Of a stretch of 64,000 nucleotides of DNA, positions 1 through 13,127 are shown piece after piece. This stretch comes from Octopus bimaculoides (lineage: Eukaryota). The notes under the pieces were generated by a model, which was not told the DNA's origin, did no database searches, and saw only the letters and a program-made list of their open reading frames with translations. The stretch lies in contig NC_068984.1 of assembly GCF_001194135.2 (NCBI RefSeq), forward strand, positions 60,729,854-60,793,853, read 5' to 3'. Position 1 is the stretch's first letter, and the number at the start of each line of letters is the position of its first letter. The translations under genes and the position numbers were made by a program.

Positions 1-38
<38 letters not shown>

Positions 39-498
39 TGCATGTATATATATATATATATATGCAAGTATGTATGTGTGTGTGCACATGCCTGTATGTA
101 TATTATTGAGATTTAAATACTCTTTATATAGAATTTCAAAATAATAATGTCCTCATTCTTATTTTCTTTCTCATAAAAAAAATGGAAGCATTTTCTACAG
201 AGTAGAAGCATAAGTAAGCTTCCTCTCCAAATGGTGAAATAGTGCTACATTAGAAATATAGAGGTGACTTGATCAATCATTTCGTCCTTCACGTGAAAAA
301 TTGGCTTTGTGCCTATTTAATAGAAATCATTATTAAAGCACATTCTTTTTTTTCCTTTACTCCACTGCCTCACTACTGAAATTCTCGAGTAGTGATTGGC
401 TTCAGTAAACAACATCTTTGAAAGTATTTCACCTTCAGATAGTTGAAAAGCATGGAGCTAGCATAACACCATTTTAGTGTAAAAGAAGTGTATTATTA

Positions 499-553
<55 letters not shown>

Positions 554-1071
554 CATTTGTTTTTTTTTGAAAATTGTTATTTATTTAATTTATTTTTCTT
601 TTTGTTTTCTTTTTATTTTATTATGTCTTATTTCTCTGTTTAGTTATATAGAGATTAATTAGACGTTATTTATTCAATAAATTATAACACATCAAACACT
701 GTACAGTTGAATGGCTGGAGATCTAGGAGGAGAATCCAACTGGAAAACACCAGTTCCAACAATTCATGCAAATATCCGAATTTGAAGAACCATTCAACCA
801 ATACACACAGGAAATGAAAAGAAAATTAAAAAAATGTAAAAATTTGTTTAGAGCAAACTAGACAAAAAAAAACATAAATAAATACATAAATAAAAAATGA
901 AATTTAAAAAAATCTATATGATATACTATATAAAAGCAAAGTTAGATTTTGATTTATATATTTTATTATTTTTTTCAATCAAAATTGTTATAACATATTT
1001 CAGTGTTATACAGAGACTGAATATTTATCATCGACAAGAAATTCCTTTCACATTTGGTAATTTCACCTTTG

Positions 1072-1180
<109 letters not shown>

Positions 1181-1879
1181 ATGCACACACATGTGCATGC
1201 AGGCACGTACACACATGTAAAATGTATACATGTGTGTGGATGTTTGTGTGTACATATATGTACATCTATATTTACATATGTAACACATCACAGAACATAC
1301 AAGTTAATTAATTCTATATTAGAAAGTAGCACTAACCTTGTTTATGTGAGCAAAGCTTAGTAGTATTTTCTTATAAATGTATTTCTGTGTTGTATGTGTG
1401 AATATGCATATAGATATGCATATCTGTGTAGCACGCGTGTGTGTATTTGTTTTCATCTGTATATATCATCATCATCATTTAACATCTATTTTCCATGCTG
1501 CCTTGGGCTGGACGATTTGACAGGAGCTGGCAGGCCAGAAAGCTGCACCAGGCTCCTTGTCTGTTTTGGCATGGTTTCTATGGCCAGATGCCCTTTTTAA
1601 CATCAACCACTTTACAGAATGTACTATGTGTTTTTAATACCGCACCAGCACAGGTGCTTTTTACATGGCACCAGCACCAGCAGGGTCACCAAGTTACTTG
1701 CAAGAGAAAGCCCTCTCAGTTGAGTGAGGGAGTGGATCTGAGGGAGTGGCTGTGTGCCAGGCAAGAGGTTAGAGTATAATAGAGGGACAGAGATAGTTGT
1801 CTTATTAGTCTTACTATAGAGGAGATACCTGGCTACTCCAGTAGGATGAGAGGAGAAAAGAAGGTGGGAGAGTCACCCA

Positions 1880-2140
1880 ACTCTTCCATGCTGAATGTCC
1901 CTATCTTCCATGCTGAATGTCCCTATCTTCCATGCTGAATGTCCCTATCTTCCATAGCAGTCTTTATATCCTTGTCTCGATATCAAGTGTCTTCGAGAAG
2001 TTGGTCAATATATGCTCTTCTTGGTCTGCTGATACATGCATGTTCATGGATGGGTTTCCAAAGGAGGTCACTGGATATTTCATCCTTGCTTCTCCAGCAG
2101 TACCCTGCTTATTACATAGATGATGGTAAGAAGATGGTTG
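1880..2140 (-). mobile_element. RTE-clade LINE C-terminal fragment with a 22-bp unit repeated three times
   Basis: Minus strand 'YCWRSKDEISSDLLWKPIHEHACISRPRRAYIDQLLEDT..TAMEDRD'. The unit cttccatgctgaatgtccctat repeats three times at about 1883-1955. Confidence 0.7.
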
Positions 2141-2854
2141 GTACTACGACTTTATGAAAATAGAACAAATGAGAAGAAAAGACACCCCAAACAAATATAA
2201 CTCATAAAGAAAATATGAAATATTTGTAAGACCTCCAGCTATTCTAGTGGACTGCTTACCTTGTCAGCAGCTTTTATGACCTATTCTCCATTTTTTTTTT
2301 TTCATTTAACATAACTATGAAGTCATAATCCCAAATACCCTTGAGCCATTGTGCTCTGAAATTAGATCTCACTGACATCAACCTTGCATATGTTTTCAAT
2401 GTCCATAAATAAAGTAGCTGTTCAAAACTGTCTGACCAGAATTATTAGATCATCAGAAGAGATTCTTTGCAATATCTGTTGTGGTTTCATGCATTCTGAG
2501 TTCAGTTTCCATCTGGGGATTCTCCATTGAGTGTTATATTATCATCTTCCATACACTGAGATGAGGTATAAAGCTCAGACCATGACAGAATGACAGACCT
2601 ATGGCACTATTCTCTGAAACTGATCAGGCTTCTGTTGGGCTTTGAAAACAAAAGCATTCTACACTTTAATAAAACTCATGAATAGGCCATGGGTTTCTAA
2701 AACCTTGGAAATATCATCAACAATGACTAAATACAATTTCCACAGATAAAAACGACTTCAATGAAATTTAAACTCAGAAAGTTTCTGGGGGTTTGAAAGG
2801 CCAAGTCATGGATGTACAATAAAATATAAATGGGAAGAGGAGCTGGTTGATTTA

Positions 2855-3043
2855 CCCCTTAGCATTCAGGTTACTCTGTCTATTGTAATACTTATTTATT
2901 CTCATTGTTTTGTATTAATTGTGCATTATCTCATAGCTTTGAGATTTCAATGATGTAATTGTTTATATTTAGTATGATAATGCAGGGTAGATGTGAGAGG
3001 CCAGATCTGGCTGGTTTGAACAGCTAGTTTAAATGCTAAAGTG
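2855..3043. mobile_element. piggyBac-type MITE, inverted copy of the 49156-49353 family
   Basis: ccccttagcatt ... aatgctaaagtg|ttaa; its reverse complement aligns with 49156-49353. Confidence 0.7.
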
Positions 3044-4149
3044 TTAAATCACATCATCACTTGACTGACACTTTATTTTATCAATCCTAGAGAGATCTTC
3101 GACAGGATTTGAACTTAGAATATGTAGCACCATAACTAAATACCTCAAGGCATTTCTCTGACACTAATGATTCAATAAGGATATCTGATATAGGCATAAT
3201 TCCACAGCCTCTGTAAAGGGGTGTAGTTAATTAAATCAACCCTGACATATGTTTATTCTGTTCCTGAAAGATGACAAACAAATTCAACCATATAGTGATC
3301 CAGTTAAGTGTTTATTAAGGTAAACTGTATTTTGTATCTTTTGGTTCTCCATAAACATTGCCCTGTACTCAGCATCTAAGCACAAGGGATGCAGGAGCCC
3401 TTTTATTATCATCAATACAGTAAGGCTGCAGAGAAAAGAAAATCCCTACAAATATATTATAGGCATACTGTGTGTGCTTAATTTAGTTGCATAGGCATGC
3501 TGTAATAATATAACTGCTGATACGATGGTAATAATAATAATAATAATCATAATAATGATGATAAAAGCAACAACTGCAATAATGGTAATAACAAATATTA
3601 ATAACAGATGTGAATACTGCTGCTGCTACTTTTTCTACCATTATTATTATTGTCCATAGAAATCAAATTAGCTGCATTTGAAATGATAGATTGTAAAAGA
3701 GAAGGAGGGAGAGAGAGAGAGAGAGAGAAAGAGCAGAAAGAACAATAAATTCCACAGAATTCTGATGAATGACTGTACCTATGTTTCAATATGTTTGTAT
3801 CTTTTATTAGCTTTTTGCATATTTGTCATAAAATCAACCTTAAAACACTGAACCATTTCATATAGTATTTTGGGGTTAGGTGTTGGGGGTGAAGGAACCA
3901 ACTAATCTACCCTATATGCAAAAGTTGTGCAGTTTGCCAAAAAATGTAGAAATGTTGGGGTAAGCTAAATAAATGCTTTACAGCATTGAATTTCTACTAT
4001 CTCTGCTCTGTGTTCAAATATCATTGGTTACTGGCTTTGTCTTTTAGTCCCTGTGATTTAAGGTCTGTCAACTTTTCAAACCATTTTAAAATACTGCTTT
4101 ACTTGGGGACATCATGTGTTTGGAATGATGTACAAAGGGGTACTGAAAA

Positions 4150-4340
4150 GTTCCTGGCTTTGGGTAAAGGAAAACACAGGAATATCAGTTAATTATGATT
4201 TTATCCAACACATTCTCCTCTCAGATTCACACACTTATTACAATAGTCCTTCAGTTTTTTTAAGCTCTGTAAAAAAACTGAGAAGGTTGGGCCTCCAATG
4301 AAGCCTTTTGTGATACCCTTAAGGCCAGGAACTATTCAGC
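4150..4340 (+). repeat. Dispersed ~190-bp repeat, second copy at 17568-17760
   Basis: ctttgggtaaa.gaaaa.acagga..aattatgatttta..gggcctc..aagccttttg..ataccctta..gccaggaact in both copies. Confidence 0.75.
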
Positions 4341-4472
4341 ATGCCTTTATATTTACTATAGTGAAGAGCAGTAGGTTAAAGATCCCTAGCCATAAGCAAA
4401 TAACCTCACTGCCTTGTGAGACAAAGCCTAATGGGTAAACCGTATGATAAATCTTGAGTGGAACCTCTGAAG

Positions 4473-5288
4473 CAGTGGTTCTCAACTGGGGTCCACATGA
4501 CCCCTGGAGGTCCACATAAGAGTTTTTCATTGAAAATTTATATGCAATAAATTGGTTATTACTTCTACAGTACACAAAATAGTTCAACAAATTTGTTTTT
4601 ATATAATTCCTAATAATATTTAGTCATTAAAGCATACTCTTTACTCTCTTTTACTCTTTCACTTGTTTCAGTCATTTGACTGCGGCCATGCTGGAGCACC
4701 GCCTTTAGTCGAGCAAATCGACCCCAGGACTTATTCTTTGGATGCCTAGTACTTATTCTATCGGTCTCTTTTGCCGAACCGCTAAGTTACAGGGACATAA
4801 ACACACCAGCATCGGTTNNNNNNNNNNCGGTCTCTTTTGCCGAACCGCTAAGTTACAGGGACATAAACACACCAGCATCGGTTGTCAAGCCTTGTTAGTG
4901 GATTTGGTAGACGGAAACTGAAAGAAGCCCATCGTATATATGTATATATATATGTATGTGTGTGTGTATATGTTTGTGTGTCTGTGTTTGTCCCCCTAAC
5001 ATTGCTTGTTATATATACATATATACGATGGGCTTCTTTCAGTTTCCGTCTACCAAATCCACTAACAAGGCTTTGGTTGGCTCGAGGCTATAGTAGAAGA
5101 CACTTGCCCAAAGTGCCATGCAGTAGAAATGAACCCGGAACCATGTGGTTGGTAAGCAAGCTACTTACCACACAGCCACTCCTTTTAATCATTTTTAATC
5201 ATCAAATGGTTATAAGGGTCCAGTAGAGTAAAAAAGGAATCAAAGGGGGTCAAGGAGTCCATAGGCAAAAAATAGCTGAGAATCACTA
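4473..5288. mobile_element. hAT-type MITE interrupted by a SINE A insertion
   Basis: TIRs CAGTGGTTCTCAAC / GCTGAGAATCACTA. The 8-bp TSD is ctctgaag (4465-4472) / ctctaaag (5289-5296). Confidence 0.85.
4635..5183 (-). mobile_element. SINE family A (tRNA-like head, TA/TG microsatellite middle, aagagta tail), rearranged copy
   Basis: Minus head ggagtggctgtgtggtaag..ttccgggttca; tail aaagagtaaagagta. Aligns with 7660-8057. Confidence 0.85.
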
Positions 5289-5737
5289 CTCTAAAGCATT
5301 CTAGTGTTCAACGTAGCTTTCTTTTGGCAACTCCTGCAGTCAAACTGGTGCTAGACTTACTACTCTGTGCTTATTTTGACAAAGCAATGTTCTGGCTTTC
5401 TGCATTCTAATTACAAATCTTATTAAATTCAACTTTTCCTTTCATTGTTTCAGGGTTGATAAACAATATACTAGTCATGTACTAGGGTTGATTCATCTTC
5501 ACCTTTTGTCTTTTCTCTCTCTCTTCCTGTAACGACTTGCTATACTGTGGAAAGCTTTCAGAGGGTCACTCAGAACTTCCCTAGTTTTCAAGAAGTAAAA
5601 GAAAGTTAAGTGAGGGCTAGCAACCTCTTCTCCTCTAACATGATACAAAAAAAAAAAACATCTCAAAGAACGAGGGAACTTGGTGGTCAGATCAACACTG
5701 ATGTATGTATGTATGTATATATGTATGTATGTATGTA

Positions 5738-5776
<39 letters not shown>

Positions 5777-6974
5777 CTTATGGACTGGTTTAGAAAATAT
5801 TGTATATGTTTGATACAAAATGTCAAGTGTCATACATATACTACATGATCTTTGACACAGTTCCACTTCATTTATTTTAAAAGTGTATGGACAAATAATT
5901 AGATATCCATCAAATTGTAATAATATTTCTAAATGGTATTATTGTGAAATATACTTGACAAAACAATGATATAACATATTTGATCTTTTGAATTATAGAA
6001 TGGTAAAATATATAAAAAGCTGGGAGAGTTTAGGAAAGTGTTAATTTAGAATGTTGAATAGCATGAGAAATTAGGCATTAAGTATATTCTTTGAGAAAAA
6101 TTAGGACATTTACCATTAAAAGGTTTGATTTGCTAAAAAGAATAAAAAGCCTTAGCTGTTACTCACAAGTAAATATGACTTGGTACATGTACCATACTTT
6201 CACTAATTGTTTTAGGGATGTATATAGTTGTGAGCAGATACAAACCCTCACTTGGCCCTTCCACCACAGACCCAGAAAACTACTTATGATGTGACAGTTG
6301 AAGGGATAGAAGTCTGCAGAATCACATAGTTGGTACTCATATCAGCCGAGTAAATTAGGGTAACATGAAATGAAATGTGTTCTCAAAGATACAACGTACA
6401 ACCTGGTTCAGGAATTGAACCCAAGATATTATAATAATAAGTCTACCACCTAATCACAATGCTGTATGACTTTACTAAAGGGGATAAATTGTAAGTAAAT
6501 ATGAAATTATGATGAATTGGCTTCAATTATTCCAATACATACTTGGAATATTTGGAAACAAGTCAAAAGAGACCACTGATACAAATAAATGATATAGAAA
6601 ATTTTAAATAGCAGGCATTAATTTGAGAAAAGAATGCAACATAAACCATCATAATATAGTAGTCTCATAAATATTTACTCAGAATTAATCAAATTTTTGC
6701 TTATGAAATTCATGAAGCAAATTGGTTTTAACATACTATCTTTCTCTCTCTCTCTCCCTCCCTCCTCTCTCTCTCTCTCTCTCTTCCTCTCTTTCTTTCA
6801 CTATGTCTATCCCTCTTTCTCCTATTATTATTCTTTCTATTACTGATGAATCCATCTGACCTGTTGTAACCTATTTAGTTGTTGAATACGCATTAATAAC
6901 TTTATCAATCTAATGTTGAAACTTCGTCAATTATGTTGTTGTATGTTATTATGTGCCTCCCCCTCCACTGTCCC

Positions 6975-7185
6975 CACCGAGTTAGTCCTGATGAAGTAGA
7001 CCTATGATCAATGTCATTCCAGCCTTGGCCTCCCTTTCATATTTTCACACATATTATCTCTCTAAGACCAAATTATCCTATGCACACTCTTCTTTTTTTG
7101 TTGTTAAAGGTGGTAGTATGTGATTTGAGGAAGATTTGATTACAATTTCTAGCATGTCGATGGACCACATACAGACATAATTCTT
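6975..7185 (+). repeat. Unclassified interspersed repeat (related pieces at about 18650-18780, 30675-30860, 44780-44940, 45080-45260)
   Basis: Shared motifs gacctatgatcaa..ttccagcc and gtgatttgagg.agatttg..atttctagca. Confidence 0.5.
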
Positions 7186-7623
7186 TGGCTCATTTTTCAA
7201 TTATAAATATCTGTTACTGTTTACTATGGTCATTTACTCAAACAAGACTTTCCTTCCAGACTTACCAGAAAATCCTTTCTAATTTATTATTTATGTAATT
7301 AAAGCTTGAATTATGTTTACAAGGAAAGTAAATGATCTATTAACACATAAGAAATAAACCTGAAATATCTAATGTTGAGTAAAATCTGGATAACATTTAT
7401 TCTTTCATTCCTTTGGTTCTTAGACTGTGAACCATGTTGGGGACCCACCATATATGGGTTTAATCAAACAAATTGAGACCCTAGTACATTTTTGTTAATT
7501 CTGATAATTGTTTTATTTCCCCTTTTTGTTCAGCTGCTATGTTACAGGGATGTAAACAAACCAACACTAGTTGTCAAGTGGTAGGAGGACAAACACAAAG
7601 ACATGCACACGCTTGTATTATAC

Positions 7624-7659
<36 letters not shown>

Positions 7660-7662
<3 letters not shown>

Positions 7663-8057
7663 TGGCTGTGTGGTAAGTACCTTGCTTATGAACCACATGG
7701 TTCCAGGTTCAGTCCCACTGCGTGGCACCTTGGGCAGGTGTCTTCTACTATAGCCTCGGGCTGACCAAAGCCTTGTGAGTGGACTTGGTAGATGGAAACT
7801 GGAAAAAGCCTGTCGTATATATGTATATATATATGTATGTGTGTGTGTATATGTTTGTGTGTCTGTGTTTGTCCCCCTAACATCGCTTGACAACTGATGC
7901 TGGTGTGTTTACATCACTGTAACTTAGCGGTTCGGCAAAAGAGACTGAGAGAATAAGTACTAGGCTTACAAAGAATAAATCCTGGGGTCGATTTGCTTGA
8001 CTAAAGGTGGTACTCCAGCATGGCCATAGTCAAATGACTGAAATGAGTAAAAGAGTA
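7660..8057 (+). mobile_element. SINE family A, near full-length
   Basis: gagtggctgtgtggtaag..ggttcagtccc (B-box-like)..ccttgggcaggtgtctt..ccagcatggcc..aatgactgaaa..aagagta. Confidence 0.9.
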
Positions 8058-9154
8058 TATATATATATATATATATATACATACACACATATAATGTTAT
8101 ATGTATATATGTATGTATGTATATGGGGATCATCGATGTAAGGAACAAAGGAACAAATAACTATTCATTTATAGTAATAAAACTTTGTAGTTACAAATGG
8201 TCACAAGAATCACTTCCAGCGATAAAACAAAATTTACTTTGATAATTCATATTTTATAACATCATCATGATCTTGACCTTTTAACATCTGGAAAGTGAGA
8301 GGACTGCATCAAGCTCCAATATAATGTAAAACCATATGGAATACTTGGCTGCTATTTCTAGCAGGGTAGGTTATTGTATAGCAGATTTATTTTAGGGTGA
8401 AAACATGATATCTTTTTCTGCAAGAATGTGAGAATGAAAATAAAATAAAATAAGATATTAATTGCAATTGAGAAGTGACAACTGCCCTCAATGAAATACT
8501 TCTTGATAATATTAATATATTGATTCTAATGAAATACATTACTTATATGTTTTAATTGTTTAAAAAATAAACAATTGTAGCAGCACAAGCAGTCAGTGCT
8601 ATATTGGATGAGATCTCGTGGCAGCCATTGCCATCTCCGAGACTGGAGTGAGACCTCACCTGCATCCATTTGCCATGCATGAGATCACAGCGAGGCTCGT
8701 GATGGCAAACTGGATATAAGGGCCCAGCAAACAAATTCTATCTCTTCTTCACCATAAGTGCTTGCTGAACATACTTCGCTGGCTGGGTCTCCAGACTAGT
8801 CCTGTCTGCATGTCATATCTCCAGAGGCAATGGGCCCGCATTAACGAAGCTTGAGATGGCATACTGAGAGCAACACACTTCACCTTCTGTGTAACTTGTA
8901 AATAAAACTGGTTGAGAATTTGCATTTTACTTAAGACTTCTTTCCTCACCTGCTGGAGCCTGCAACAACACAAAGAACAAAAATTAATGGGAGAAGGTGA
9001 TATTCAGTCGATATCGTGAACCTTGCCTCCTATTATACAATAATTTGCAGAGTAAAATAAAATTTCTTATAATTAAGCTAGTCATTGGAATATAGCTTCA
9101 ATCATAAAGTTCTTCCATAAAATTATGATGGGGCATTTTAATTTAGTATTAGAT

Positions 9155-9900
9155 ATGGCGAGTTGGCAGAAACGTTAACATGTTGGGCGAAATGCTTAGT
9201 GGTATTTCGTCTGTCTTTACATATGAATTCAAATTCTGCTGAGGTCGACTTTGCCTTTCATCCTTTCGGGGTTGATTTACCCCAGTTGATTTACCTCAGT
9301 TGTGTACTGGGGTAAATCTAATCAACTGGCTCCTTCCCCACAAATTTCGGGCCTTGTGCCTAGAGTAGAAAAGAATTCAGTATTAGAAACACTTTCAAAC
9401 AGGTGCTATTTGTATCATTTAAGTCAGGTCTGCACCTAGATTGATGGAAAACTGCTACAGGTAACCATGTAGTCCAGTATCACCAACAACAAAACTAGTC
9501 CCCTGTTGGGATTGCCCAATGAGGAAGGTACATGGATATGAAGCAGGATTTAAAAAACGAAGTCTGTCTAAGGATAATGTACATTTTACAGAGCCAACTG
9601 CACACATTTTCCGAGGAGGATTTGGACAAATGACAATCATCAAGCCCAATGAAAGTTACACTATTATTTAATTCTGTTTCAAGGTTGCAAGCTGGCAGAA
9701 TCGTTAGCATGTCAAGTAAACACTTAGTAGTATTTTGTTTGACTTCATGTTCTGAGTTCAAATTCTGTTAAAGTCAACTTTATTTTCACCCCATCAGGGT
9801 TGATAAAATGAATACCAGGTGAAAACTGGAGTTGATGCAATCAACTTGCTCCTCCCTCAAAATTGCTGGCCTCCTTGTGCCAAAATTTGAAACTAATAGT
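9155..9900 (+). mobile_element. Two SINE B copies (9155-9375, 9690-9900)
   Basis: ggcagaa(a/t)cgtta..ctgag(g/t)tc..cctttcggggttgat..ggcc(tt/tcc)tgtgcc. Confidence 0.8.
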
Positions 9901-10837
9901 TACATGCTATTTGAGGCTAGTTGAATGCATTAAGAAAGTTCAAGACTGGGAGGAGTGGAAAATATTGGTTAAAAGACAAAATAATTCTGGTGCCTCAATG
10001 GGGAAAATGTTCAGGGAATTACTTAACTTTCTATCATATCCTAGACATCAGGGTGGTCCCCAAGTTGACTGGTATCAAAAGGGTTAAGTGAAAATTAAAT
10101 GTTTGGCAAGACAAGTTATCCTCCTGTTACACTCTTAGAACAATTGATGAGCTTCCATTTTGGCTGGATTCTTCTCTACCAAAATAGGTCTTTGCAGATA
10201 TTTGATCAATAATGACATACTTGACCTTGTGCCGAAGTAAGAAACTAAAATCATTATAATTTCTGTACTTTTTTTTTTTATATTTCTTCTTGTTCATATT
10301 CTATTTTGTATGTGTGGGTGGGTGTAGTGGTGAGAAGTTGGGGGTGTTACAAATTTATTTTCATAAAAATTTTTCTTCTAGTTTAAAAATAAAACATAAA
10401 TAAAAAAGAGACATTTTAATTGGTGAAAATTTACATATGCAGAAATGTAAGAATATGAAATTTAAAACTAATTGAGTGAAGTTCAAGAGGCCATGATTGC
10501 AAGCTAGCTTTGGTGCCACCAAACTAATTCATTTATTCATCTATTAGTTTTGTATCAAGGATATTTACTGTGATCGATTAATGAATGAATTAGAACTAAA
10601 TAAAAGTAGCAGAGTGTTCTGTTCACCTTTAACACAGGCTTGCTTAAAATCACTTCTCGAGGGAACGTCGCTTGATTTTTTACTAACAACTTATGAAATT
10701 GATTTATTGATTATACACACAGATGTATGTGTGTGTATACATATATATATATATATATAAACACATACATATGTGTGTGTGTATATATGTGTGTGTATGT
10801 GTGTGCTTGTATGTACAAGGATATATGTATAAAATTA

Positions 10838-10897
<60 letters not shown>

Positions 10898-11606
10898 TAG
10901 ATAGATAGATAGATATATTATGATATATAATGTACATATATTAAAATATGTACATGTATATAAAATATATGTGTATATGAAATACATATACAAGTATATA
11001 AAATATATATATGTTGCACACACACACAGGGAAATGAAAGGCAACACAGTAAGAGAATGAATCATATGGGTGACCGCTAGTGTGGTTCAGAAGCTAGCTT
11101 CCCGACTGCATAGTTTTGGGTTCAGTCCCACTATATGGCACCTTGGTAAATGTCTTCTACTACAGCTCTGTGCTGACCAAAGCCTGCTTAGTAGATTCGG
11201 TATGCAGAAACTGAAAGAAGTCCATAATTTGTATACATGTATAGGTATTAAATTTTGAGCTCATAAACAAAACACATGCAATAAGTATGTGACATTGATA
11301 ACGTTTATATATACAAGGTTGGCATTAGGAAGGGCATCCAACCATAAAAACTATGCCACAACAAACAGTTGGAGTCTGGACTGCTCCCTGTTAGTCAACT
11401 CCATGTCAAACTGTCTGGGCTAGCTACAGTTGTCCTTATATTAAATAGTCATAACAAAATAATTGACATAAAGATGTAAACCATAAAAAATATATAAGAA
11501 AAAATATAAGGAAAACTAGAGAGCAGGTAAGACATGTTACAGAAAGATTTGATGGTGTTAAGTTTAAAGAGAGGGAGACTACACTTGCTAACATCAGCAG
11601 ATGTGC

Positions 11607-11674
<68 letters not shown>

Positions 11675-11777
11675 GTATATATATTTGACAAGAAGGACAA
11701 CAAAAGAAAGAAAGAGACGTCAGAATTATGCAAATAGAGGAATTTATCTGTAAAAATATGTGACACTTATTCAGAAG

Positions 11778-11844
11778 CCATGATAAAACTCTGAGTTTCG
11801 GATGTCAGGGTGAGAACCCACGCCACATCTCTTCAGTTATCTGG
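11778..11844 (-). ncRNA. Minimal type I hammerhead ribozyme motif (Penelope-like/retrozyme type)
   Basis: Minus strand reads CCA-GATAA CUGAAGA GAUGU..ACAUCC GAAA CUCAGAG UU/UUAUC-A-UGG. Core boxes CUGANGA and GAAA are intact. Stem I is GAUAA/UUAUC, stem II has one bulged C, stem III is the short quasi-palindromic ACUCAGAGU, and the cleavage triplet is GUU. Confidence 0.7.
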
Positions 11845-11879
11845 CCAATTGAAAATTCCTGTGAAAAATACATATACAT

Positions 11880-11934
<55 letters not shown>

Positions 11935-12224
11935 TATATACTGAGTGAGAGAGAGAAAGAGTGGGTGAACCCTTTCTCGTCATGATACACTCATGTCATA
12001 AAATTCTTACAAGTATATGATTTATGATTGGAAGATAATGATGGTAAGATCTGTCATCATGGTTACATTTAGATATAGGATACTAATATTAGGTTTTACA
12101 AGCCTGTCTCCAAGCAGGTGTTTTGATAGGTGTCTGTTAGCAAACTGTACGATGGAAATCTTTGTTCATTATCTAAAACATGCTGGGGTGTAGATTCACC
12201 CATCAGTCATAGATGACCACTGCA

Positions 12225-12715
12225 TGGGCAAGGGGTTGATAGAAGACCTGTTGAGTCAAGTGAAGTCATTGTTGTGGCCGATGCTAGTATCGCCTGACTG
12301 GCACCCGTATCAGGGGCACGTAAAAAAGCACCATTCAAGTGTGGTCATTGTTAGTGCTGCCTGACTGGCTCTCGTGCTGCTGGCACATAGAAAGCACCAT
12401 TTGAGTGTAGTTGTTGCCAGTGCCACCTGATTGGCTCCCATGCCGGTGGCATGTAAAAAGCACCATTCAAGCATGGTCAATGCCAGTACTGCCTGACTGG
12501 CCCTCATGCCAGTGGCATGTAAAAAGCACCCACTACACGCCTAGAGTGGTTGGTGTTAGGAAGGGCATCTAGCTATAGAAACTTTGCTAGATCAGATTGG
12601 AGCCTGGTACAACCTTCTGGTTTGCCAGTCCTCAGTCAAACTGTCCAACCCATTCCAGCATGAAAAGTAGACATTAAATGACAACGACGATGTTGATGAT
12701 GATGATAATAATAAT
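12225..12715 (+). mobile_element. SINE family C with three ~65-bp internal tandem units and a (GAT)n tail
   Basis: Units gtaaaaagcaccatt..gccagt..gcctgactggc..gtgcc..tggca; 3' end aggaagggcatc..gtcaaa..gtccaacc..gcatg..cattaaatgacaacgacgatgttgatgatg. Confidence 0.85.
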
Positions 12716-12721
12716 GATATG

Positions 12722-12804
<83 letters not shown>

Positions 12805-12820
12805 TNNNNNNNNNNTGTGT

Positions 12821-12851
<31 letters not shown>

Positions 12852-12855
<4 letters not shown>

Positions 12856-13013
12856 TAAATGAGGGTGCAAAATAGCACCTGCAATTGCTAGAAATGAGAG
12901 CCAAAATTTAACTTGAACAGCCACATGAAAGCACTAACCTTTTGTGTACTGAGTTAAATTTTGGCTCTCATTTCTAGCAATTGTAGCTGATGTTTTGCCC
13001 CCTCATTTATTAA
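12852..13013. mobile_element. Hairpin MITE (about 160 bp, arms about 60 bp)
   Basis: ttaataaatgaggg..caattgctagaaatgagagccaaaatttaac is inverted against gttaaattttggctctcatttctagcaattg..ccctcatttattaa. Confidence 0.75.
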
Positions 13014-13127
13014 TTTTACCATTTTGGTTTTAATTGCTATAGCCACCTATATTATAATGTATTTAATATATCTTAATAAAGAGTTACAGTTTTGTGCCAA
13101 GGCAATTATAGATGTATGTATTGTTGT

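Noticed and set aside
4762-4883. Exact ~55-bp direct repeat around a 10-N gap (similar cases near 12805 and 19531)
   Set aside because: Identical sequence on both sides of a fixed-size gap is a scaffolding overlap artefact.
8575-8895. Selenoprotein reading of the plus frame with four TGAs
   Set aside because: No start or splice context, no Cys/Sec-type motifs, and no SECIS recognised; chance is plausible.
12315-12530. CRISPR-like array
   Set aside because: Units are contiguous degenerate tandem repeats inside a SINE with no unique spacers, in eukaryotic DNA.
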